IMG/VR virus record: IMGVR_UViG_3300044858_003284
Direction: 5' to 3' (one strand)
Origin: a virus
DNA length: 64,000 bases
Under the pieces are notes generated by a model, which was not told the origin of the DNA, did not search any database, and saw nothing but the letters and a program-made list of their open reading frames with translations. This document shows, one piece after another, positions 20,509 through 29,666 of the stretch. Made by a program: the position numbers and the translations under genes. Every line of letters begins with the position of its first letter. Positions within the stretch are counted from its first letter, which is position 1.

Positions 20509-21696
20509 ATGGCAAAATTTAATCTGTCTGAAGCCGCTAAAGAAATTCTTGCTGCATCTGTAGCAAGCAAAAAGTCTGGCCAAGATAAACCACAAAAATT
20601 AACTGGTGATGTTGCTTACGGTACAAAAGAAGTTGGCGACATTGGTACAGAAGTCACCAAGACAACAGATGCTGCTCCAGATGCTTCCAAAGGCGCTCCA
20701 ACAGCAACTCCTCCTGGTGCAACACCTCCTGTAGGTTCTGAGCCAATGAAGAAACTGGCCAAGCAACCCCAAGAGCAAGGTTCTACCGAGCAACCAGAAG
20801 GCAAGGCTGCTTCACAGAAGTTTGCTAAGAATCCTGGTGCCACATTCCAATCTTACGGTGAAGAAACTGAAGCTGAAGAAGAAGTTATTGCTGAAGCTGA
20901 AAAAGAAGGTCACGAAGATGAGAAAGAAGATAAGGCCATGATCAAGAAGATGATGAACAAAGAAAAAATGAAAGAAGATATGAATGCTCTTCTTTCTGGT
21001 GAGAATCTTTCTGAAGAATTCGTTGCTAAAGCTACCACAATTTTTGAAGCTGCCGTTATTGCTCGTGCAGAAGAAGTTATTGCTGAAGCTGAAGCCGAGT
21101 TGTTAGAGCAATTCGAAAGTGCTATCGAAGAAGTTAAAGAAGATTTGGCAACCAAGGTTGACGATTATCTTAACTACGTTGTTGAAGAATGGATGAAAGA
21201 AAATGAAATCGCTATCGAAAAAGGTCTCCGTGCCGAAATCGTAGAAGATTTTATTGACGGTCTACGTAATCTATTTGTTGAACATTACATTGACATTCCA
21301 CAAGAGAAGGTTGATGTTGTAGGCGAACTCACAACACGTGTTGAAGAACTCGAAGCTTCTTTAAATGAGCAAATCAATAAAGGTATTGAGCTCAAGAAAG
21401 AATTAAACGAACAGAAAAAAATTGAGGCTATCTACACAGCGTGTGAAGGCCTGACGCAAACCCAAGTAGAAAAATTAAAATCACTCGCAGAGGGTGTGGA
21501 ATTTACTACTGAGGAAGAATTTGCTGGAAAACTATCAACATTGAAAGAATCATATTTCAAAGCTGAAGTTAAAGTGGCAGACAATTCCGCTCTAGATGAT
21601 GAAGTTCAAATTGAAGAAGATAAGAAAGAAACAAAATCTTTCGATCCTTTAATGGAACAATATGCAAAAACAATTTCACAAACTTTGGTTAAATAA
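20509..21696 (+). CDS. gp22: Prohead scaffold protein gp22
   Basis: Acidic coiled coil; KATTIFEAAV, KVDDYLNYVVEEW; between gp21 and gp23. Confidence 0.95.
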   Translation: MAKFNLSEAAKEILAASVASKKSGQDKPQKLTGDVAYGTKEVGDIGTEVTKTTDAAPDASKGAPTATPPGATPPVGSEPMKKLAKQPQEQGSTEQPEGKAASQKFAKNPGATFQSYGEETEAEEEVIAEAEKEGHEDEKEDKAMIKKMMNKEKMKEDMNALLSGENLSEEFVAKATTIFEAAVIARAEEVIAEAEAELLEQFESAIEEVKEDLATKVDDYLNYVVEEWMKENEIAIEKGLRAEIVEDFIDGLRNLFVEHYIDIPQEKVDVVGELTTRVEELEASLNEQINKGIELKKELNEQKKIEAIYTACEGLTQTQVEKLKSLAEGVEFTTEEEFAGKLSTLKESYFKAEVKVADNSALDDEVQIEEDKKETKSFDPLMEQYAKTISQTLVK

Positions 21697-21726
21697 CCAA
21701 TAATATACAACAAAGGAAAACAAAAA

Positions 21727-23052
21727 ATGTATATGACTGAAGAACTACAAAAGAAATGGACACCAGTTTTGGAGCATCCAGAACTCGAAGCCATTAAAGA
21801 CCCATACAAGAAGGCTGTTACAGCTCTTGTTTTGGAAAATCAACATCAAGCTATGGCACAAGACCGTATGGCCTTGAACGAAGTTTCTGTAACTGGTCCA
21901 GAGAATGCTACTGGTAACGCCATTCAGAACTTTGATCCAATCTTGATCAGCTTGGTTCGCCGTGCTCTTCCAAACCTAATCGCTTATGACGTTGCTGGTG
22001 TTCAGCCAATGACAGGCCCAACAGGCTTGATCTTTGCAATGCGTGCTCGTTATAGCACACAAGACGGAACTGAGGCTTTCTTCAATGAGCCAAATACACA
22101 GTTCTCTGGTTCTGTATCGGCACAAAACCCATACGGTTTCCAAGGTACAACAGCACAAGATACAGCTAACACATTCCAAAATCCAACAGCATTGACAACT
22201 ACCTCTGGTATCGCAATGCCAACAGCTAACGCTGAAATTTTGGGTTCTGATAGTGGTAATGCTTTCCAACAGATGGCATTCTCTATCGAGAAGGTAACTG
22301 TAACTGCTCAAAGCCGTGCTTTGAAAGCTGAGTATTCTTTAGAACTCGCACAAGACTTGAAGGCAATTCATGGTCTTGATGCTGAAACAGAATTGTCAAA
22401 CATTCTGTCTACAGAAATCCTCGCCGAAATCAACCGTGAAGTTATCCGTACCATCTATACGACTGCCGTTGCCGGTGCTCAGTATGGTACAACAACTGCT
22501 GGTTATTTTGACCTCGATACAGATTCCAACGGTCGTTGGTCTGTTGAGCGTTTCAAAGGTCTGATTTTCCAAATCGAGCGTGATGCTAACGTAATCGCTA
22601 AGCAAACACGTCGTGGAAAAGGTAACGTATTGATCGTTTCTTCTGACGTTGCTTCTGCTATGGCAATGGCTGGTGTATTGCAATATACTCCTGCTTTGTC
22701 TGCTGATTTGCAAGTAGATGACACAGGCAATACATTTGCTGGTTTACTCCATGGTCGTATCAAGGTCTACATCGACCCATACTTCGGTGGATACACAAGC
22801 AACCAAGAACTCGTAACCATCGGTTACAAAGGTTCTAGCCCATACGATGCTGGATTGTTCTATTGCCCATACGTTCCATTACAGATGGTTCGTGCTGTAG
22901 ACCAGTTCACATTCCAACCAAAGATTGGTTTCAAAACCCGTTACGGCATGGTAGCCAACCCATTCGCCAAAGGTTCTTTGGTAGGCAATGGTGCATTGAC
23001 AGAGCGTTCAAACGTTTACTATCGTTTGTTCGGTGTCAAGAACTTGATGTAA
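21727..23052 (+). CDS. gp23: Major capsid protein gp23
   Basis: GVQPMTGPTGLIFAMR, SRALKAEYSLELAQDLKAIHGLDAE, GLFYCPYVPL, FQPKIGFKTRYG. Confidence 0.99.
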   Translation: MYMTEELQKKWTPVLEHPELEAIKDPYKKAVTALVLENQHQAMAQDRMALNEVSVTGPENATGNAIQNFDPILISLVRRALPNLIAYDVAGVQPMTGPTGLIFAMRARYSTQDGTEAFFNEPNTQFSGSVSAQNPYGFQGTTAQDTANTFQNPTALTTTSGIAMPTANAEILGSDSGNAFQQMAFSIEKVTVTAQSRALKAEYSLELAQDLKAIHGLDAETELSNILSTEILAEINREVIRTIYTTAVAGAQYGTTTAGYFDLDTDSNGRWSVERFKGLIFQIERDANVIAKQTRRGKGNVLIVSSDVASAMAMAGVLQYTPALSADLQVDDTGNTFAGLLHGRIKVYIDPYFGGYTSNQELVTIGYKGSSPYDAGLFYCPYVPLQMVRAVDQFTFQPKIGFKTRYGMVANPFAKGSLVGNGALTERSNVYYRLFGVKNLM

Positions 23053-23101
23053 TAGTAGCCGCAAGGCACTTTAAAAAGTCACCTACAAGAGTGACATTTA
23101 T

Positions 23102-23132
23102 AGAGACCTCCTACACGGAGGTCTCTTTTTTT
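23102..23132 (+). terminator. Rho-independent terminator after gp23
   Basis: AGAGACCTCC-TACAC-GGAGGTCTCT followed by a T-run. Confidence 0.9.
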
Positions 23133-23136
23133 ATGA

Positions 23137-23144
23137 CCTAAATA
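23137..23144 (+). promoter_or_regulatory. Late promoter variant before gp3
   Basis: CCTAAATA immediately after the terminator. Confidence 0.5.
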
Positions 23145-23173
23145 TTGATGTGTCTAAAAGGATATTTTAATAG

Positions 23174-23707
23174 ATGAGTGCTATCACAAGAACACCAGAA
23201 AATACTGGTTATCTACAACCGTCAAAGTTTCTTTTAACTTTTGATCGAATACCAAACTGCCAGTATTTTTGCCAATCAGTAAACATACCAGGAATGAGTA
23301 TAGGACAGGCACAAATGACCTTTCCTATTGTGGATGTCTTTGCACCTGGAAACAAAATGATGTATAACCAATTAAACATCAACTTTCCTGTTGACGGAGC
23401 GATGTTGTCATGGAAAGAAATCCATGGTTGGTTCCGCTCCATCGCATCTCCAGAGAGTTTTTCTGAGAGGAATAGGTTATCACAACAGCAAACCAAGTTT
23501 GGCAGCAAAAAACCAAGTTATTATTCTGATGCCATACTAACGGTATTGTCTGCTTTGAACAATCCTGTAGTAAAAGTCCAGTTTATTAATGTGTTTCCCA
23601 TCTCATTATCTGACATACAGTTTGATACCAGACAAACGGCAGAGGATGTAATCTCATGTGATGCCACTTTTGTCTTTGATTATTTTAATTTTTTACCATT
23701 GGAATAG
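23174..23707 (+). CDS. gp3: Tail completion/tube terminator gp3
   Basis: YFCQSVNIPG, SDAILTVLS..NNP, FPISLSDIQFD. Confidence 0.9.
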   Translation: MSAITRTPENTGYLQPSKFLLTFDRIPNCQYFCQSVNIPGMSIGQAQMTFPIVDVFAPGNKMMYNQLNINFPVDGAMLSWKEIHGWFRSIASPESFSERNRLSQQQTKFGSKKPSYYSDAILTVLSALNNPVVKVQFINVFPISLSDIQFDTRQTAEDVISCDATFVFDYFNFLPLE

Positions 23708-23708
23708 C

Positions 23709-23738
23709 TTGACAAGTTAACATTAGTTGTGTTAGTAT
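23709..23738 (+). promoter_or_regulatory. Sigma70-type early promoter for uvsY operon
   Basis: TTGACA-18 nt-TAGTAT with extended TG. Confidence 0.7.
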
Positions 23739-23769
23739 GTGAAATTGGTGTTAAACTATTGAAAACATT

Positions 23770-24204
23770 ATGGAAAACTTAGAACAAATATTGAAACATT
23801 GGGAAAAAGACGTTGAGATGGACCAAACCGAACCAGGTAAAGAACTTCTCCGTATACCAATTCTACACAACAAGTATCTCTCAATACTAACCAAACACAA
23901 GATTGCCTCAAAGAAGGCTCACTTTGACTATCTCCGTATGAGAAAGGTCAAATGGGAATATTATACAGGCAAGATGTCACAAGAGGAACTTCAGGAATAC
24001 GGTTGGGAACCATTCCAGTTCACTCTCAAATCAGATATCAGTACCTATCTCGAAGCAGACACCGATTTAATAAAACTACTAGAAAAGAAAGTATACCATG
24101 AAGAATGTGTATCGGTTCTAGAATCGGTCATGAATGAATTAAAACAACGAACCTGGCAATTGCGTGATTTTATCAGCTGGGAAAAATTTATAGGCGGACA
24201 ATAA
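23770..24204 (+). CDS. uvsY: Recombination mediator UvsY
   Basis: IPILHNKY, WEYYTGK, YLEADTDL, RTWQLRDFISWEKF. Confidence 0.93.
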   Translation: MENLEQILKHWEKDVEMDQTEPGKELLRIPILHNKYLSILTKHKIASKKAHFDYLRMRKVKWEYYTGKMSQEELQEYGWEPFQFTLKSDISTYLEADTDLIKLLEKKVYHEECVSVLESVMNELKQRTWQLRDFISWEKFIGGQ

Positions 24205-24842
24205 TGGCATTTTTAGTTGCAAACATACCACCAGTCAAATGTTTTGTTCGTAAAGAGTTTCTATACAACAACGAAAAAGGTCATGGTGAATTAGAACCTT
24301 GTGTATGGATGACTGCCAAAGCCATCAAAGGTCAGGCATTTCGTATTGAGTGTATGTTAACCGACTATGGTGCATTGTTCGATAAGTTACCAATCTCGGC
24401 CTATGTTTGGAAGCCAGTAGAAGAATATCTGCCTCTTGACAATTTACAAATATGGGATTGTTTATCATATGACATGGCAGTGATTGAGAAATCGAATCTG
24501 CGTGGTCTCAAAGTAAAATATTTTGGTAAAGACAAACAGTTTCACTTTGGCAAATACCTTTTTACAATCGATTTTGCGGCACCGGATTTCAATCGTATTG
24601 ACACCAGTTTTTCAGAAGGTGTGCAAGAACACAAATCATATAACTTTATACAACTAGACAATGGCCAATTTGCCTGTCAACCAAATAATCGGTGCCTGTG
24701 GTATGATGTATCACTGGTGCCACCAGTAGTAAAGACTCCAGATTTTAAAATACCAACAGAGGTTTATTCAGTAGAGAATGTATCGAAGTGGAGTGTTGGC
24801 ACTCCAGATTCATGGTTCTACCAGTTTGATGAAAAAGAATGA
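24204..24842 (+). CDS. Conserved hypothetical protein
   Basis: 212 aa ORF translationally coupled between uvsY and uvsW; QIWDCLSY and QPNNRC motifs. Confidence 0.7.
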   Translation: MAFLVANIPPVKCFVRKEFLYNNEKGHGELEPCVWMTAKAIKGQAFRIECMLTDYGALFDKLPISAYVWKPVEEYLPLDNLQIWDCLSYDMAVIEKSNLRGLKVKYFGKDKQFHFGKYLFTIDFAAPDFNRIDTSFSEGVQEHKSYNFIQLDNGQFACQPNNRCLWYDVSLVPPVVKTPDFKIPTEVYSVENVSKWSVGTPDSWFYQFDEKE

Positions 24843-26326
24843 GTGAATTAGTTATTGCCAAAAAAGATGAAGTATATGCCAAGATAACTTGTGAGAAACA
24901 TATCGCAAAAGAGTTATCGGAGTTCTTTACATTTTTTGTGCCAGGTTACCAGTTTGTTCCTGCCTATCGTAATCGTGTGTGGGACGGGAAAATCCGCATG
25001 TATAACCTACAAACAAATCAAATCTATCTTGGTTTGTTACCATACATTGAAGAATTTTGTAGAGAGCGTGAATACAATTTTGAATATGGTGATCCAAGAC
25101 CAGACATTGAAGATGAATATTCAGTCTATCATGCCAAAAAGTTTATTGAATCACTAGACATACATTCTCGTGGTGAACCAATTGAAGTAAGAGAACACCA
25201 ACTCAATGCGTATATCCATGCCATGCAAAAACGCCGAGCGTTGTTACTTTCACCAACGGCATCCGGTAAATCTCTCATCATCTATCTACTCTTTCGTCAA
25301 CTTCACCAATATCAAAATCTAAAAGGCCTTGTTATTGTTCCGACCACTTCTCTAGTTGAACAGTTATATTCTGATTTTGGTGATTATAATGACGGTGAAA
25401 TGACGAATGTTCACCGTATCTATCAAGGTAAAGAAAAAGAAACGAATAAAGCTCTTACAATTTCTACATGGCAATCTTTATACAAAATGCCAAAAGAATA
25501 CTTTCATCAGTTTGATTATATTATTGGTGATGAAGCACATCTATTCAAAGCACAATCTTTAACAACCATTTTAACCTCTTGTGTCAATGCCAAATATCGA
25601 ATTGGTCTAACAGGTACATTAGACGGTACCAAAACACACAAACTGGTGTTAGAAGGTTTGTTTGGTGCCGTTAAGAAAGTTATCAGTACCAAAGAGTTGA
25701 TTGATAAACAGCAACTCTCAAATTTTGAAATTAAGTGTTTAGTATTAAAACATACCGATGAAGAATGTTTAATGGTAAAAGACTACACTTATCCTGAAGA
25801 AATTCAATATTTAATATCACACGAAACTAGAAACAAATTCATTAAAAATCTTGCAGTTAGCTTAGGTAAAAATACTCTTGTATTGTTTCAAATGGTTGAC
25901 AAGCATGGTAAAATATTATATGATATGATAAGACAAACAGAGAAGATTGGCAATAGAAAAGTTTTCTTTGTTTATGGCGGTACTGATACAACAGACCGTG
26001 AAGAAATAAGAAAAATTATGGAGATAGAACAAGATGCAATCGTAGTAGCATCTTTTGGTACATTTAGCACTGGTATTAATATTAGAAATCTACACAATAT
26101 TATATTTGCTATGCCAACCAAATCTTCAATTAGAACATTACAAAGTATTGGTAGAGGTCTTAGGCAAAATGAAGGCAAAGAAGTAGCCACATTATATGAC
26201 GTAGCCGATGATTTAAGATATAAGAAACATATGAATTATACACTAAAACATTTCGTGGAAAGAACAAAGATATATAATGAGGAGAAGTTCCCATTCAAAA
26301 TCTATAAGATAGGACTAAAAAAATGA
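24839..26326 (+). CDS. uvsW: DNA helicase UvsW
   Basis: SPTASGKS, IGDEAH, GLTGT, QSIGRGLR. Confidence 0.96.
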   Translation: MSELVIAKKDEVYAKITCEKHIAKELSEFFTFFVPGYQFVPAYRNRVWDGKIRMYNLQTNQIYLGLLPYIEEFCREREYNFEYGDPRPDIEDEYSVYHAKKFIESLDIHSRGEPIEVREHQLNAYIHAMQKRRALLLSPTASGKSLIIYLLFRQLHQYQNLKGLVIVPTTSLVEQLYSDFGDYNDGEMTNVHRIYQGKEKETNKALTISTWQSLYKMPKEYFHQFDYIIGDEAHLFKAQSLTTILTSCVNAKYRIGLTGTLDGTKTHKLVLEGLFGAVKKVISTKELIDKQQLSNFEIKCLVLKHTDEECLMVKDYTYPEEIQYLISHETRNKFIKNLAVSLGKNTLVLFQMVDKHGKILYDMIRQTEKIGNRKVFFVYGGTDTTDREEIRKIMEIEQDAIVVASFGTFSTGINIRNLHNIIFAMPTKSSIRTLQSIGRGLRQNEGKEVATLYDVADDLRYKKHMNYTLKHFVERTKIYNEEKFPFKIYKIGLKK

Positions 26327-26703
26327 ACACAATAAAAATAGTTCGACTAAAGAATGGTGAAGATATTATCGGTGATGTAACTGCTAATGGCATTCAATAT
26401 TATGACATTGAAGAACCAATGGCATTTGAAGTTGATTACCGTGGTGATCATTCTGGATTGGTAATGCGTCATTGGCTGCCAGTTCAACTACTCAAAAAGA
26501 ATCATATTCAATTAAACGTGCACGATGTCCTCTGTGTTTTAGAACCAGACGAAGAATTCTCTGAGTATTATGTCAATACTGTGGAAAAAATTAAACGTTT
26601 GTTAGAAGCAAAGAATTCAATAAAAGATATGTCTGACGAAGAAATTAATCAGATAGTTGATGAATATAATATGATAAACCAAGGTAATGATACATTACAT
26701 TAA
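26323..26703 (+). CDS. Hypothetical protein (Sm-like fold probable)
   Basis: IKIVRLKNGEDIIG N-terminal pattern. Confidence 0.6.
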   Translation: MNTIKIVRLKNGEDIIGDVTANGIQYYDIEEPMAFEVDYRGDHSGLVMRHWLPVQLLKKNHIQLNVHDVLCVLEPDEEFSEYYVNTVEKIKRLLEAKNSIKDMSDEEINQIVDEYNMINQGNDTLH

Positions 26704-26731
26704 ACCTTTTCTTCAAACCAGGACATACTCG

Positions 26732-26760
26732 ACTTTACACACTTGTCAAGCGAATGTCAA
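26732..26760 (-). promoter_or_regulatory. Putative antisense sigma70 promoter upstream of gp55
   Basis: Minus strand TTGACA-17 nt-TAAAGT; a second TTGACA lies 11 nt downstream. Confidence 0.45.
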
Positions 26761-26778
26761 TAACATTATGTGGTAAAC

Positions 26779-27315
26779 ATGGCGACTAAACAAAAACATT
26801 ATATAAACAATGCTGATTTCCTACAGGCACTAATTGATTACAAGAAGGCACAGAAAGATGCCAAGAAGAATAAACTGCCTCCTCCGCCAATTCCAAATTA
26901 CATAGGTGAGTGTTTTATGAAGATAGCAGAAGGTCTATCACACAAACCTAACTTCATTAACTATACCTATCGTGATGAAATGATGGCAGATGGTATTGAG
27001 AACTGCCTCATGTATTTCGATAACTTTGATCCTAGTAAATCTAAAAATCCTTTTGCTTACTTTACACAGATTATCTACTATGCTTTTCTACGAAGAATTG
27101 GTAAAGAAAAGAAACAATTATATGTAAAGTATAAAGCCACAGAACAAATGGGTATCTTGGATGAATTTGAAATGATGGAGTTTGAAGATGGCACTTCACG
27201 GCAATTTGAATTGTATGATAATATTGCCGAGTTTATTGAAAACTATGAAGAAGCCAAAGAAAATAAAAAAGCGGTAAAGAAGCCAAAGGGTATTGAAAAG
27301 TTTTTAGGAGAGTGA
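26779..27315 (+). CDS. gp55: Late-transcription sigma factor gp55
   Basis: HYINNADF, YIGECFMKIAEGLS, NFINYTYRDEM, NPFAYFTQI. Confidence 0.96.
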   Translation: MATKQKHYINNADFLQALIDYKKAQKDAKKNKLPPPPIPNYIGECFMKIAEGLSHKPNFINYTYRDEMMADGIENCLMYFDNFDPSKSKNPFAYFTQIIYYAFLRRIGKEKKQLYVKYKATEQMGILDEFEMMEFEDGTSRQFELYDNIAEFIENYEEAKENKKAVKKPKGIEKFLGE

Positions 27316-27319
27316 TATA

Positions 27320-27478
27320 ATGTATAAAGTAACTTATATGTTGGAAGATTATGTTCTTTCAAAAGAGTTTGAAAAATTTGATTCTGCGGCTTTATTTTCT
27401 ATCAAACAGCCCGTAGATTCTATATTGGAAATTAAATATTATGATAACAATCAACAAAGAAAACCAGACCGTACCTAA
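27320..27478 (+). CDS. Small hypothetical protein (52 aa, not in ORF track)
   Basis: AGGAG RBS then MYKVTYMLEDYVLSKEF...KPDRT*; fills the gap after gp55. Confidence 0.55.
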   Translation: MYKVTYMLEDYVLSKEFEKFDSAALFSIKQPVDSILEIKYYDNNQQRKPDRT

Positions 27479-28220
27479 AGTTGTTGTTGTTTCTGGTGGG
27501 TTTGATCCATTACATTCAGGACACATCTCTTATCTAAATCAAGCCAAATCACTAGGTGATATACTTGTTGTTGGTATCAATAGTGACGAGTGGTTGATTC
27601 GTAAAAAAGGTCGAGCGTTTATGAATTGGCACGACCGATCAAGAATAGTCAAAGAACTCAAATCAGTTGATTTTGTTGTAAGCTTTGATGATTCAGATGA
27701 TAGTGCGATTAGATTAATTGATACAGTGAAAAAAACTTGGCCAAATAGTAATATTATATTTGCAAATGGTGGTGATCGAACGGCAGAAAACATACCAGAA
27801 ATGTCCGTTGAAGGTATTGAGTTTGCTTTTGGTGTTGGTGGAGAAACAAAATTAAATTCTTCTTCTACTTTACTTGAAGAATGGAAATCACCTAAGACAC
27901 AAAGATCGTGGGGTTTCTATCGTGTGTTATATGAAACACCAAATGTCAAAGTTAAAGAATTGGTAGTTGAACCAGGTCAATCGTTGACAATGCAACGACA
28001 TCAATATAGAAATGAACATTGGCACATTGTAGAAGGTGTGGCAACTGTAATTGAAGAAAGACCATCCTCGAATTCAAAAAACACATACTACAAACACAAT
28101 GCAGTAAACATACCAACTGGTGTGTGGCATCAATTACAAAATAATGAAACTCAGCCATTAAAGATTGTGGAAATTCAATATGGCACAAAATGTGAAGAAG
28201 ATGACATTGAAAGAAAATAA
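27441..28220 (+). CDS. Bifunctional cytidylyl/adenylyltransferase-like (HxGH) + cupin (mannose-6-P isomerase C-terminal type)
   Basis: SGGFDPLHSGH, ANGGDR; C-terminal RSWG..., QRHQYRNEHW, WHQLQN, EIQYG..EDDIER. Confidence 0.85.
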   Translation: MITINKENQTVPKVVVVSGGFDPLHSGHISYLNQAKSLGDILVVGINSDEWLIRKKGRAFMNWHDRSRIVKELKSVDFVVSFDDSDDSAIRLIDTVKKTWPNSNIIFANGGDRTAENIPEMSVEGIEFAFGVGGETKLNSSSTLLEEWKSPKTQRSWGFYRVLYETPNVKVKELVVEPGQSLTMQRHQYRNEHWHIVEGVATVIEERPSSNSKNTYYKHNAVNIPTGVWHQLQNNETQPLKIVEIQYGTKCEEDDIERK

Positions 28221-28599
28221 GTATAAAATTATCAATATTAATTTAACATCAGTTGATAGTAGTGATCCTATATCCGATGTTCCTTGTGGAAGTTGTACCA
28301 AGTGTTGTGAAGTATTAACTCCATTTTTAACACCAGAAGAAGTATCATCTGGACGTTACCCTCTCAGCCTTATACAGCCAGATAAAAAAATGTTTTTGGA
28401 AAATCCAAATGTTGGACCATTGGTCGCAATGTTTAAGAAAACACCAACAGGAGGATGTGCGATGTTTATTGATGGTAAATGTTCAATCTATGAATATCGA
28501 CCAAAGTCTTGCAGGCAATTTGATTGTCGCAGACATCATCATCCAGTAACCAATGAAGTGGCTAAAGAAAAATTTGGTATAGAAAGTGTTAAACAATGA
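28201..28599 (+). CDS. YkgJ-family CxxCxxCC cysteine-cluster protein
   Basis: CGSCTKCC ... CAMF.DGKCSIYEYRPKSCRQFDC. Confidence 0.8.
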   Translation: MTLKENKYKIININLTSVDSSDPISDVPCGSCTKCCEVLTPFLTPEEVSSGRYPLSLIQPDKKMFLENPNVGPLVAMFKKTPTGGCAMFIDGKCSIYEYRPKSCRQFDCRRHHHPVTNEVAKEKFGIESVKQ

Positions 28600-29666
28600 A
28601 AGTAGCAGTTATAACTGATCAGCATTTTGGTGCTCGTAATGATTCAATACATTTTTTAGATTATTATGAACGATTCTATCGTGATACTTTTTTTCCAACT
28701 CTTGAAGAACACGGCATTAATACTGTCCTTATATTGGGTGATACTTTTGATCGTAGAAAATATGTAAACTTTTTTTCACTCAAACGTACCAGAGAAATGT
28801 TTTTTGACAAACTATATGCTAGAAACATTCAGGTACATATGTTGGCTGGCAATCATGATACATACTTTAAGAATACCAATGATGTAAATTCGGTAGACCT
28901 GTTATTACAAGAATACACAAACATTAAAGTTATTTCTAAACCAACCACAATCACAGTTGGTGAAACAGATATTTGCATGATGCCATGGATCTGTTCAGAA
29001 AATTACCAACAATCATTGGAAGAAATAAAAAATACGCCTGCCGAAATTTGCATGGGCCACTTTGAAATTCAAGGCTTTGCAATGCATCGTGGCATGCCAA
29101 GTCAAGAAGGATTAAGTCGTGAATTATTCAGAAAGTTTAGTCTTACTTTTAGCGGTCACTATCATCATCGGAGTTCAGCTGACAATATACATTATCTTGG
29201 AAACCCGTATGAACTTACTTGGCAAGATTATAATGACCCTAGAGGTTTTCATCTTTTTGATCTTATCAGCCGTGACCTTACTTTCATAAAAAATCCAAAT
29301 GTAATGTTTCACAAAATCATTTATGATGATAAAGAAGAAACAATTACCGACATCATCAATAAAGATTTAACAAAATATACCAACACATATGTAAAGGTTG
29401 TGGTAATCAACAAAACAAATCCACATCTGTTTGATAAGTTTTTGGCCAGATTATATGATGTAAACCCAATCGATATTACCATTGCTGAGGACTTTACTGA
29501 CTTGACAGAAGGCCTTGAAGATGATATGATTGATCAAGCAGAAGATACTCTAACTATTCTGAACAAGTATGTTGATACCATTCAAGAAGAAAGTATCGAC
29601 AATGACCGATTGAAAAACATTCTGCGTGAACTTTATGTGGAAGCCTTGAATACTGAACAAGCATGA
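28596..29666 (+). CDS. gp47: Recombination endonuclease subunit gp47 (Mre11-like)
   Basis: ITDQHFG, LGDTFD, AGNHD, SGHYH metallophosphoesterase motifs. Confidence 0.96.
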   Translation: MKVAVITDQHFGARNDSIHFLDYYERFYRDTFFPTLEEHGINTVLILGDTFDRRKYVNFFSLKRTREMFFDKLYARNIQVHMLAGNHDTYFKNTNDVNSVDLLLQEYTNIKVISKPTTITVGETDICMMPWICSENYQQSLEEIKNTPAEICMGHFEIQGFAMHRGMPSQEGLSRELFRKFSLTFSGHYHHRSSADNIHYLGNPYELTWQDYNDPRGFHLFDLISRDLTFIKNPNVMFHKIIYDDKEETITDIINKDLTKYTNTYVKVVVINKTNPHLFDKFLARLYDVNPIDITIAEDFTDLTEGLEDDMIDQAEDTLTILNKYVDTIQEESIDNDRLKNILRELYVEALNTEQA

